Origin: Lingula anatina
Lineage: Eukaryota > Animalia > Brachiopoda
Direction: 5' to 3'
DNA length: 64,000 nt
Assembly: GCA_051362555.1 (NCBI GenBank)
Contig: CM120649.1
Location: forward strand, 15,824,567-15,888,566
The translations under genes were made by a program, and so were the position numbers. The notes beneath the pieces were generated by a model. The model saw only the letters and a program-made list of their open reading frames with translations. It made no database searches and was not told the origin of the DNA. Below, one piece after another: positions 52,476 to 64,000 of this stretch (positions are counted from its first letter, which is position 1; each line of letters opens with the position of its first letter).

Positions 52476-55400
52476 GTAAGATAATGTGACTGTTTTTGCT
52501 TATTAAAGTCAACAGGTAAGGTGGTTTAAGAGAAGCGCGTTTGCCGACTGAAAGTTTCCCCAACTTTTCTATGGTGTCTCATGGGTGCCGTGCGGCAGAA
52601 TTACATGCGGCGTAACATCTCTGATATGTTGTTTGGCTTTGGCTATTATTATTATTTTATTTTTTGTAGATCACGTCATTGTTTTTCATGGATGCAGTGT
52701 TAATTTTTTATGTAAAACGCTGGTGATGCGTATTTTGAAATGTTTCCCCCCTTTTTTTTCCAAATGCTCAAAATTGTCCAATAAACCATTCCATTCTTGA
52801 TGCTCCATAAAGTCTTTTGACTTCATTAATTCAGTGGAATATAAATTGACCCAGGAATAATCACAGTTACAAATACTCCAACTTAGCAAACACTAGGTGG
52901 TCTCCTCCATTTATTCAATCAAGAGGCAAGACAGTTTGCAAGTCTATTAGATGACATTCTGCACTGTAGGGCTCTAGAAAAATTGAGATCCTTTCAAGTA
53001 CAGCAAATATGGATTCCAGAGGGCATGATTCTTCATTGTTCTGATATCCAAAAGTCAATTCTTTGAATGGGTTTAGTTTAATATGGTCTCAGTTTGATTC
53101 ACTCCTAAGAAAGTAAAAATAATGATTAAAAAATTAAAAAAAAAAAAAGAAACAAAATTTAGTTTTCTTGCTTGTAGATTAAGCATCTAACAGGATTATA
53201 TCTACACATGTCTAGTCTACTCAAGTGTTTCAGAAATAAAGCCATTTATGTTCACAGTGTTTGACTGAGACTTAATTGTTTCATTGCCAATTTTATGAAC
53301 ACCATGTAGAGTCGATGTTTCTAATAAATGAGCGTTACCATACCCACAGTGGAGATAAACCTCCTCTGTTAAAGACAATAAGATCTAGATCTAGAATTAA
53401 CAGTCTAAGTATGTTACAAGAATGCCATACACAAGGTTTTAAGTCAGTGAAATCTTTCAAGTGTGTTATTGGTATGCAAGTCTGATCTTTAGGAATCAAT
53501 AGCCGGCTTCTCAGTTGGCTTCTAATCACAAAGCTTATTAGAAGATGGACTAGCCGAGAGATACAGATACCTGGGGACGCACCAGGCTTTAAAAGGGTCA
53601 CTTTAACTTCAGGATGTAGATTGAATTTTTTTTCTTCTTTGCTCACTCACTAAATATGAGATAGAAAGGTGGGCCAAAATCAATGCTAGGAGAAAGAGTG
53701 GAACTTGCCAAATTGGGTTTTACAAAGCACTTATTCAAGTAGAATGCACTAACATTGGTTTTCTGCTGAGTACCTTATCAGCATCCAGAGCATGTCTTTT
53801 TAATGAACTTTAATCTACTTACTTTTCTTATTCTACTGCCACAGTTGGCAGTTGTTTAGATGGTTTAAATCACTTCATCGGAGTTAATGTTTTGCCTTTT
53901 TTGTTGAAAAAAAAAAGGTTGGTAGGTGCAATAGGTATCTGATTTTTTTAAAAGAGGAAGAAATCTGATCCTTGTGAAATACTTGTACCTTGTCTTCTGG
54001 TAATAATTGTTTTTAGAATTTGAAAGTAAGTTGTGGAGCTATATACCAAACTCTACTTTTGAAAGATTTTCTTTTTATTGAAGGCACTATTTTTTCCAAT
54101 AAAATCTAAAAATCTTCTAGACCAAAGATCAAGCATTTAAACTGCATACTACTTGATGAAAATGTAAGATATGATATCTAATACTGAGTCCAATATGAAG
54201 AAGCCCAAGACAGTTACAACTTTACTTCTTATTGATTTGGAAAGTTTATATCAGCTATGGAAAATTAACTGAAGCCCTGAAGAACTAATCAATATATGAA
54301 TAAATTCAAGAAGTATCAGAAAAGAATTTGAGCAAAGACACGCAGTATGCTTACAGTTACACTGGCCAAATTTTGATTGGTTGCAATTAGCATTTAATTG
54401 ATATAGATAATCAGCTTTACCATGACTTAATCAGATCATTGTCAGATCTGTAATGGGAAACGTGCTTACGAGGAATATGGAAGTACGTTGGTGACCAATG
54501 GATCAGAGAATAACATATGATCACAATAACAAGGAGATGATGTCAGTCATACTGTTTTGGAACTGGTTTTAATTTTATTGAACTTACCCACTAATTAGGG
54601 AACTTTGACTTTGGAGAAGGCATTTCTTTTTTGTTTCATCTGAATTTTTATTTTGTTGTGAAAAATGTTTTTTGTTGTTTTTTTTTAAAATTTAAATAAC
54701 TTGGGATGGCCAAAATGTGTAGTGGGGTAGAATTGTAGACTCTGAGTGATGCTATAAACAAAGTTTTCATCTTGAAGCTGCTGTTTATCTATTTCACAGT
54801 CACTTAACTGTGGTTATGGACAAGTTGGAAATACTACAGAGCTCTTTTTAAGTGTAGTTGTTTCTACCTAGCTTTCCCTGAGAAAACACACTGGCTGATT
54901 AAATAACAATTAATGCAGTCAGTTGAGCTCTTAAAACCTTGATTGTCAGCTTATTTTGTGTACTGTAGTAATGCTTTTGGAGACAGAATTCCTTGTAAAG
55001 AAAACAGAGGAAATGACACAATCCTTGTCATTGTCGCCGTGTGTGAACAGTTTCTTTCCATCAATTTTCTTTTTGTTTTGAAATGTTCCCTCCTTTCCTG
55101 CACAATGAATACACTGGTTATTAAATTACCATAGAGAATGGATTAAGGAAAAAGCCAAATTTACTTTTATGTTTTGTCAAAAAATAAATGTAACTATATA
55201 TATTTTATTCAAATCAATTTCTCTACCTAGACAGAACATTAAATCTGTGTTATATTTGTCTTCTTTATTTAAGTCTCCTAAACTACCCCATTATTTTTGC
55301 AATCCCCCCCCCCCCCTTCAGCAGTTAATACAATATATATATTTGATGATTTGAGATGCCCCCTGAACAACACTGTGAATGTAGTTATTACAGAGACACG

Positions 55401-56815
55401 GAAAGCAGCACAATTACATTTCAGATACTCAATCAAAATAGTAGCAGTATCGACTAATCTTTCATGGTCTCATTAGAGCACTAATTATGTTAGGTATATG
55501 GAAGTTTTCATTAAGAAATAGTATTACGCCATCCCCATAATAATCTGCATGACAACTGGTCTTGGCACAGTCCGTAGTTTCAGGTGTGATGAAATTGTAA
55601 TGCCTCATTTGATGCAGATTGCATGTGTTCAAGTTTTCTGGATTATGCCAGATTTCCGGATTTTCATTCTTTATTTTCATCAATTTTCTCAAATTGTCTA
55701 AATCCCCTTAGGAATTGTAAAGGGGTGGGAGGGGGTGGGGGGTCTGGTAAGCTACATTCACCCATGAGAATAGGACTATTTAACTATTCAAAGATACAGG
55801 GTTATGGCATGAGAAATACAATTAGCCAATTTTTCTTGCTCCTCAATATTTTTCTGCTCAGCTCTCTTACCATCATGACATAAGGCTCCAAACTCCCAAA
55901 TCCCTTTTTAACATGAATTTTTATCCCTGGGAAAGGTAACCTTCGTCTTTATATATTTTCACTGTGTTAAAAAAGGGCAGTGTTCAAGCAATGGGTGGTG
56001 TCATTCCATCTCTAAAAAAAGATGTTACATTCCTGTGGACATTGCAGACATTGGAGAAGGTTATCTAAAAAAGAGATAAGAACCTTCCAGGCAAGAGATG
56101 GTACTTTCCTTATATTGTGCTTTTATGTATGGTATTTCGCATACAAATAGAAATTGACAGACCTATTCTCTTGTCTTGTTAGACTAGTTGCCAGTCTCAA
56201 GTCATGTGTGAATGCAGATTGCATTAATTTTACAGTAACTTCTGAGGTTAGAAAGAACATCAATGATTCACCTGTTGAGGATTATATAGGTCAGCTACAA
56301 GGGTAGATAAATATATGTTTAATCGAACAGTAAATAGGTCTTGAATAAATGTAAGAGTGATGTTTTATGGATTTGTACATCCATACAGCTCCTGGTTTGA
56401 AGATGAACTCAAAATAACCACACACACACACACACGCATACACACACACACACACGTGCAGATATCTTCTTTATGCACGATAAACATGGTCATGTAAAAA
56501 GCATGCTTTCCCATGCTTGCACACACATATATGTAAGAAGTTACAATGTGTTACTCATAACTCATTAACTATGAATAAGGTTATGGTATTGAAAATTAAA
56601 AAAAGCCAATTTCTGCTTGTGAGCCTAGGGTATCTAGCATCAATAAATCAAACTGTTCAGATAGACTGCTTTGACGTTTCCACAAGATGTACCCACTTTG
56701 TATTCCATGCATGCAAATATTGAAATATACGAGTGAGCCACGTTCACACAAAGACTAAGTGAGACCGGAATATGTATGTTATGATTAGTCCCAGTTACCG
56801 CCAGAAGAATTCTTA

Positions 56816-57023
56816 AGCCGTATTCACAACCTGTTGACCAGAGGTCTAACAGATCCTCGGATCTTAAATATGGCCAAGCCACTTCAAAGCTTGCCGCATA
56901 ATCTCTTAGTAGACACTGAATTAATTTCCTGCCATAATTATGCAGCAGGCCTTCAAATGGGGTGGCCATATTTGATCTGCAGATCTGTTAGTCCGCGGAT
57001 CAACTTTGGTTATGAATATGGCC
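56816..57023. mobile_element. Palindromic MITE, family shared with 59007 and (core) 32778
   Basis: GCCGTATTCACAACC / GGTTATGAATATGGC arms; inner AAATATGGCC...GGCCATATTTGATC. Confidence 0.72.
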
Positions 57024-59006
57024 TATGATTGGGTCATTATGTGGAATTCACATTAGTGGACCAAGGATTTGGCAAGGTTGAGGCAGATATAAAAATAAAT
57101 GCCACTTATCTGGGAACCTTCAGTTTTTATTATGGATAGGGTTGACTCCTGGGGATTGGCCCAGACCTCCCCGTACTGTTGTGAGGGTTGTTTTACCTTA
57201 TCTTCTTTTTAACCTCTGACTCCCAGCATGGAGCACCCCTCGTTATCTTAATTGACTCTCTGGAAAGGAGGAGCGAGGAAAATATACGCCTGTTGCGTTT
57301 GCCAATATTTGTGTATAAAGCATAGCTATGCAAAATTGGTAGAAGGTAAAATACATTATTATTTATACAGATGCCAGATGGTCAATAAACTTTCACACCT
57401 GAAAAAAATTCTTGTCATTTTGTAGTGCAAGTTAGGCCTAATTCCAGTCTTGACTAGGCCTAATGTGAAGACGGCTTTTATTATTTCTCCAACCATGCTT
57501 GCTGGAAATATATGTGTATTATTGAAAAATGGCCTAAGGTCGATCCCCATTACGTGCTTCATTTTATACATTATTTTCCCATTTGAGTATTTATCACAGG
57601 CTAACGAGAAGTGTTCGAGTATTGAACTGTCTTGCAGCCCTAAGTCAAGTAAGGCAGTACTCAAAAGATGCAACGGAGATGCTGACAATTCTCAAAGATT
57701 GAAATATCATTTTTCATACCAAAGTGATTCATCAGCTTTTCATCTTTACTACCAGAAATAACGCTTATGAAAGCTGATGTAAGATAACTTCCTCCGTAAA
57801 TATCTTGCGTATTCCAAATATAAAGTCTAACTGTAATAATACAATAATAAGGCATGGGAAGTTTCTGCTCGGTAGCAGATTTCTGGCTTTTTAAAGCCAA
57901 AAAGGAAATCTCTGAGATGTATGTGTTAAGATCCAGTGGGTGGCAGTAATTGTTAGAGATTTCAATTTTTGGGATAGATCGAGGCCAAATTGAAATTTCA
58001 ACATGTGTGTGTGTGTGTGGGCTGGGGGAGCATTGCCATTAAATCTCTACGGCATTGTGTTTTTATTTAAAATAAATGCAAAATGCCAAAGTATTGAATG
58101 GAATCCTCAGTTTTGACCTTCTTTTCTACATCATTTGTCATGTATCTTCCCTGGGGATGTAGCATCACAAAGCTTTCGTAGAAAAAGTATTTTTTTATTT
58201 GATCCCAAGGTGTTTGTGTGGAATGTAGAAAGATGTGTGCACAGTCTTAATTTAAAATCTAGCAAATTTGGTTCAAATACACACGCGTGCGCACATGCAT
58301 GCATGTGCGTGTGATGACAAAAAAATGATGGCTCATGCTAGATTGTTAAATGTTCACCAAATTTAGATGATTTACTTTGGTTATTGAAACAACAAATATT
58401 TGGTGTTAAAATCATTATCGACTGCAATTTTTGCTTTGAATTCTGATTCATTTAATTCTTTCAGCTATCTAGCCTACCTAACCCTATTGATTATAAATTC
58501 CTATATTTTCCAAGAATTTATCAGCTCGAGGTAGCACTCAGTCTTTCTCATCTAGGGACAAAATGAGGCTTATGGCATAATCCCATAGACACCATCAGCT
58601 TACGTGGATGGATCAAACCCTGCATAGCCTAGCTCTTGCTGAATGCAATCAGTTAAATGGCTTAACACGACTCCTTTAGTTTCCAATCTACTCATATAAT
58701 TACTGGCTTTTCTGTACTCTACTCAATACCAGGAGGAGGTGTGTGAATCTGTTAAACTGGTTGCATTCCGTTAAAGTCGCAACAGAGTCGGATCGATTTA
58801 TGCAGACTGATGCTATGTATGGAAATGAGCCCTAATTGTCACACAAAATGGTTTTAATTCAGGATTGAGGTGAAAACAACATATTTTGAGCATATAATGA
58901 TGTAAGATGGATGCAATTTCTCCTGAATTAAAGTAGAAATAAAACTAATCAAAAGGATACAAATTCAAAAGGAGATTGTCTCTGAAGTCGGGATTAAATT
59001 GTGTAA

Positions 59007-59212
59007 GGCTGCATTCACAGCCAGTTGATCCGTTGACTAACAGATCCGCTGATCAAATATGGCTGACCCACTTGAAAACTTGTTGTATAATCCTCTAATG
59101 GATACTGAATAGATTCCCTGCAGGGAACACATGGCAAGTTTTCGAATGGGTCAGCCATATTTGATCCATATATCTGTTAGTCCGCGGATCAACTTTGGTT
59201 GTGAATACAGTC
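59007..59212. mobile_element. Palindromic MITE, second copy of the 56816 family
   Basis: Shares ATCTGTTAGTCCGCGGATCAACTTTGGTT and CTAACAGATCC with the 56816 copy; inverted arms. Confidence 0.72.
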
Positions 59213-62200
59213 CTGTGTGAAACATGAATGCATCGAGTAAAACATTTTACTTACTGGCCTCATGAGATCTGTTTACATGCAGGTTTTATCAATCTGTTGT
59301 TAAAATTCTACAAAGAACTCTTTTTGAACTAGCGAAAAGCAGCAAGCATACAAGTGCCCCAGCAAATGATCCTTAAGATACAAGCAAAATGGGGTCATAA
59401 GGCCAGTTCTCCGAGGGAAAAACTGAGGGCAGAAACAACTTTTGAGAGAGAAAACACTCTCATACACAGACCAAAAACACTAATGTGTTGGCTACAAAGC
59501 CTAGAAATGGCTAACATTTTAATATAATTACACAAGCGAAATATTGCATTGACATTAGTTATCTCCCAAGAGTGCAGGAAGAAAGGAAGCTGAAAGAAAA
59601 AAATCCATCTTTAAACTAAAAGGGACCTTGAGACCTTTAAGATGAGCAGAGTTTGTCCCTGGCGACTCTTCAGACTTGGGTTGTCTATACATTAGGAAGA
59701 TCAATGCCTGTCCTGGGATCATCACTCAAAAAACTCTTCCCTGGGATGGTCTCTTCTTGACGTTTAACATTCTTGGCAATGGCAGCTAGAACTTGTATTA
59801 TATCGTCCTTAAGATATGCCAATTTGTAATGAAATTTGTAGAGTTCAAATACAGGTTTGATCAGATTTGTTTTTATTGAAAACTTGGATAAATAAATTGG
59901 CCAACTCACACAAATTTAGTCAAAGTATACAATGTAGCTATAGACCCATGAAAAATCTATTTCTAATGGGGGATTAGTCTTGTTGTACAAACTATACACA
60001 AAGTATATGCATTTGAATTTGTGGGATTTTTTTTTTGTATCTACTGTTATATTTATTAGATTTATTTACCAGAAAAAAAGATAATGGCATGCGTGGTTAG
60101 GCAGACGTCAGTACTTATCAGATCAGTTGCTGAAAGTAATCAGAAGTTGAAATACAGTGATTTTGTTGTTGTAACAATGTTAATGGCAATAAGAATACCT
60201 TTACAGCAGTTATTGTAGCAGATGGCAAAACTGTCATTCATTAACTTAAAATTTTGATTAAAGAAAAGAAAGATTGCCTGAGATGTCTTTAAATCAACTG
60301 TATCTTGTAGAATTTAAGAGAAATGTGGAAAAAAAATTCATCTTTAAACTAAAAGAGGATACAGGACCATATGGCAGATGAAGACACACAAAAAAAATCC
60401 ATAATCACATAGTCTGAAGATGATATACCAAGACATGGCATGGAGACTTTGCATGATGAGTGGTCTCGTTAGTATTACGTGATACTTAGCGTGTGCGGTT
60501 TTTCGAAATTCAATATGTAACATTTACAGGGGGCTTCTTCTGTACGACTAACACTCCCTAGAAACGATGTTTCCGAGCCTCAGTGTCATTAACCTAGTAT
60601 TCTTGGGTCTTTTGGGAAACCAACTGTGGGAAAAACTAATGAGGAAGAACTTCTCAAGTCAGATCTAACTATTTTTATCTTTTTTTTTTTTTTCAAATAA
60701 TTGCTTAGAACTACGGATAATGATGACATTGTTAATATCACATCAGAGATTAATATGATGGGAAAATTCAAGAATTTTGGGAACAGAACTGATTTTGAAA
60801 AATGAGCATGCAGGAGTGCTAGTGACACACTGGTAAAAAAAAAAGTGATGGTTTTGGTAAATGAATAGAATGTTTACCATCATAAATTTTATGGGTCACA
60901 AATACATGCGCTGTTATAGTTTTGAATTATTCAAGAGCATTTGTGTGCGCATGTAGCTGGGGATAAGGGGAGAAGGGTGAGCTTAGGTCACTGAAATGGG
61001 CAATTTTAGTGGTGGTGGGGGAGGAAGAGGGTGCGACTATCTCTTAATGAAGTGAAAAGCGCCCCCTTCCCTCTCTCACCCCCCCCATACACGTCTTAGC
61101 CTAACCCTGCCAATACTCCTGTACCAGGTGTGTATTTACACCTGAACTAAAAACCAGCGTTAACCACAATAGCAATCTCACCCATGAGTAGCCAAGAGTA
61201 CAGTGTTAAAGATTAAAAGAAGTACCATAAATAATTTATTTTTTTAACTGCCACATTAAAAGTCACTTTTTCTTTATCTAGGGTTGAGGTAAGGGTCGGA
61301 ATCAAGGGTAGAGTAAAATCTGTGGAGGTTAAGGTGACTTCTTAGGCATAGCAGGTCACAAAGGGAATCCATTATTTTTGGATAAATAAAGATGTCATGA
61401 AATTACTTTGCATGTATTATTTGACACAGAAGGATAGGCAGAATGGGATGAAGGTCCAATAAGGATAGTTAAGTTAGTTAAGTCGGTATGTGGATAGATA
61501 GATATAGATAGGCAAGCAGACAGACAGACAGCTGCATAGATTTTAACCTAAGGGTAAAGAGAGGTATCACTGTTTCAATAAACGTGTGATTGGCATATGA
61601 CAGACAGACAGACATACTGATAGGCCAAAAGACAGACCCCAAAAGAAAACCTCATCTCTTATTTTCCTATCTGCATGAACTTATTTTTCTTTTCAACATT
61701 ACGTTAAAGCTTGTTCGTTATTATGCAAATAAAAAGGAAAGGTGAATCTATCTTTCAAAAACATATATTCTTGACAGTATGGCAGGAGTGGGATATGTTC
61801 TGTAGTACAGGTAAGCCTGGATGACCTGTGACATATCAGGCATTGTGTCTGGTTCTTTCTGTCTGTTGCTTCTCATAGTGACATACGAATATTGTATACA
61901 GCAACTGCCAAGGTTACAGAATTTTTGAACAGGTGACATTATATATGTTGGTATATCGTGAGGATATACTCGGTGGTGATTTGTTGAGATATTAGTTCTT
62001 TTGTAAAAAAAAGCATGTTTTAGTCAGTTTGATTGTCCAAACTTATGCAGGTATCATCATGGGATGGTATTGTTGAAAAATGTTCTTTATTTACGATACA
62101 ATGTTTTGAGCATGAGAAACCATTAAAAGTTGCGTGATGTTTTGTATTACGTGTTTTACCTTTATGTCAAGGCCTGTCTAGGAATGGTGTATACATCAGT

Positions 62201-62464
62201 GCACAAGCATGTATACAGACCTTGCAGGAGCATGAGAGAATTGTATGCAGAGCACTACTTTCCCAACTCTACACAGAATCAAAAACCTGGCTGACCATAG
62301 CCAAGTTTTGCTTTTATTGCAATACCAAAAAGATAAGAGAGTCAGAATTCTGAGTTGTAGCTATTCATTAATGAATCTGATATAGCAAAATTTTTAGAAA
62401 TTCCCTTTTTACCTAAAAAATGCTACATTTATTGAGCACTGCATATTAATTCACCTGACATTGT

Positions 62465-62495
<31 letters not shown>

Positions 62496-62497
62496 TT
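62465..62497. repeat. (TTTA)n microsatellite
   Basis: Direct inspection. Confidence 0.9.
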
Positions 62498-64000
62498 GCT
62501 TGAATGCTCTGGATGTGCCTTTGTTTAGGACAAACAAAAAATAATGGGCACAATTATAGTCAGCAAGGTGCATTAGATATACACAGATCATGTCATGGAA
62601 TGAAAAGTGTGAAGAAAGAACAATTAACATGTACGCATACACGTGAATTTTCAGCTGAATGTGTTGTCCAAAGATCTGGTAATATTCTACATGTTGACAT
62701 TTCCCCTTTGCCAGCTACAGATATAGATGTTCAATGCCAAACCCAAAGTATATAAAAATTGCCTCAGGATATGATATCCATCTTTTGATGACATGGGTCC
62801 CAATTAAGACATTTTATGAGGTATCGGAATACCCCTCCACAAAGGTATCACATACACACAGTGACATAACAGTCACAGCTACTGTTACATAACAGTAACA
62901 GTAACCCTCTAAGGATCAGTATGTGTTTATCATACCTGTATGCAATCAATTACCACAAGTACCCTGATTAACCTATTGTGTTATTGAATTATTGCAATCA
63001 GCATTGTGAACATATGGTGTTTATAATTACAGGGTATTCTAAAGCACCTTGTTTTGATGTAACATATGGGCTTGAGGAGGTAAAGGGGGCTTTGTTTGAG
63101 GGGGAGGGGCAGGGGGGTGAGGGGGGGGGGTGGCTGGGTGAAAGGTGTATCGAGTGATGTTTGTACCTGCAAGGTGGTCTCTTAATTTGGCTCTTGGTTT
63201 GGACCACCTGTGATGTTAATGTTTATGTTCAGTAAGGTAGGAAGAAATAAGAGAGAGAAGGGGTGGAAGGGGAGCACTCTTGTTATACAGCTCAAGGGCT
63301 ATTATATTCAATTTGTCATTGATTATTATGTATAGATTTTTAAATCTGCATATATGTAAATATTTTAAAATAAGGATTATACAACAAGTTGTTTTGAATG
63401 AAATTGTTCTATGTGTTGAAGAATATGAATATTTGAATTATCATCATACTTATTTTTAAAATAATCTCATTGAAGGAAAGATATACCTTTAAGCATTAAG
63501 GCAAAAATCATTCCTATTAAAAAAAAACAAATAAATGAAAAGAAAGAAAAAACAGAAGAAGAAAACGCGAAAAAAACCTAAACTTTGTAAAATAACATGT
63601 TTAAACATCTATATATTTAAGGCAAAGCATTTTGAAACTTGTAATTTGTTAGAATAGTATTACAGGTTGTTTTTAAAATAAAGTCAAATTAGAATGCTGT
63701 AGTTTCCACACTTATTTGATTTCAAATTCCAATCACTGTCTTAATTTCCTAGTGTTTTTCAGACAACATATACAGTTTTGCCCTGTTTACACTAGATTTA
63801 AATGGACCGGTTATGAAGCACTCTTTTTAAGATGTCTGTTGTCAAATTGTCAAATTGTTGTGAAAAATATAGACTACTGTTTGGTTTCCGTCAGTTAAGA
63901 TAGCTTTCTCTTTTATGAAAGAACCATTCATGCTTAGGGACCATTCCCAGAACCTATCGTACTAACTGGGGATCAATATATCTCTAAGGGGAATCTCGCC

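Noticed and set aside
61280-61680. Second HINE-like remnant with GATA/GACA microsatellites
   Set aside because: Microsatellite is suggestive but I could not find subterminal inverted repeats or termini.

Overview
AT-rich eukaryotic (invertebrate, plausibly lophotrochozoan/mollusc-like; this is inferred from repeat style only) genomic DNA with GT-AG introns. Reading splice sites by hand gives three gene models. (A) A 24-exon minus-strand CDS (21203->1788, all junctions phase-consistent, ~1,440 aa): hydrophobic N-terminus, EGF, Ca-binding EGF, three 75-nt TNFR-like Cys exons, a long unassigned ectodomain and a multi-pass membrane region with DC-STAMP-like topology. (B) A 6-coding-exon minus-strand type I membrane protein (50996->22270, ~786 aa) with a 24-kb intron and a ~640-aa disordered cytoplasmic tail. 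(C) The first coding exon of a divergent plus-strand signal-peptide gene (52281-52475). Gene A has no evident start exon of its own. The only in-phase upstream donors I found lie at the end of gene B's last exon, implying either a ~2,220-aa fusion protein or a dicistronic/shared-exon arrangement. One intron of gene A carries a ~3.4-kb non-autonomous Helentron/HINE-like element with ~15 x 146-bp tandem units, each packed with nuclear-receptor response elements, and a 5-mer higher-order duplication. Several MITEs and microsatellites are present. No rRNA, tRNA or CRISPR features were seen.
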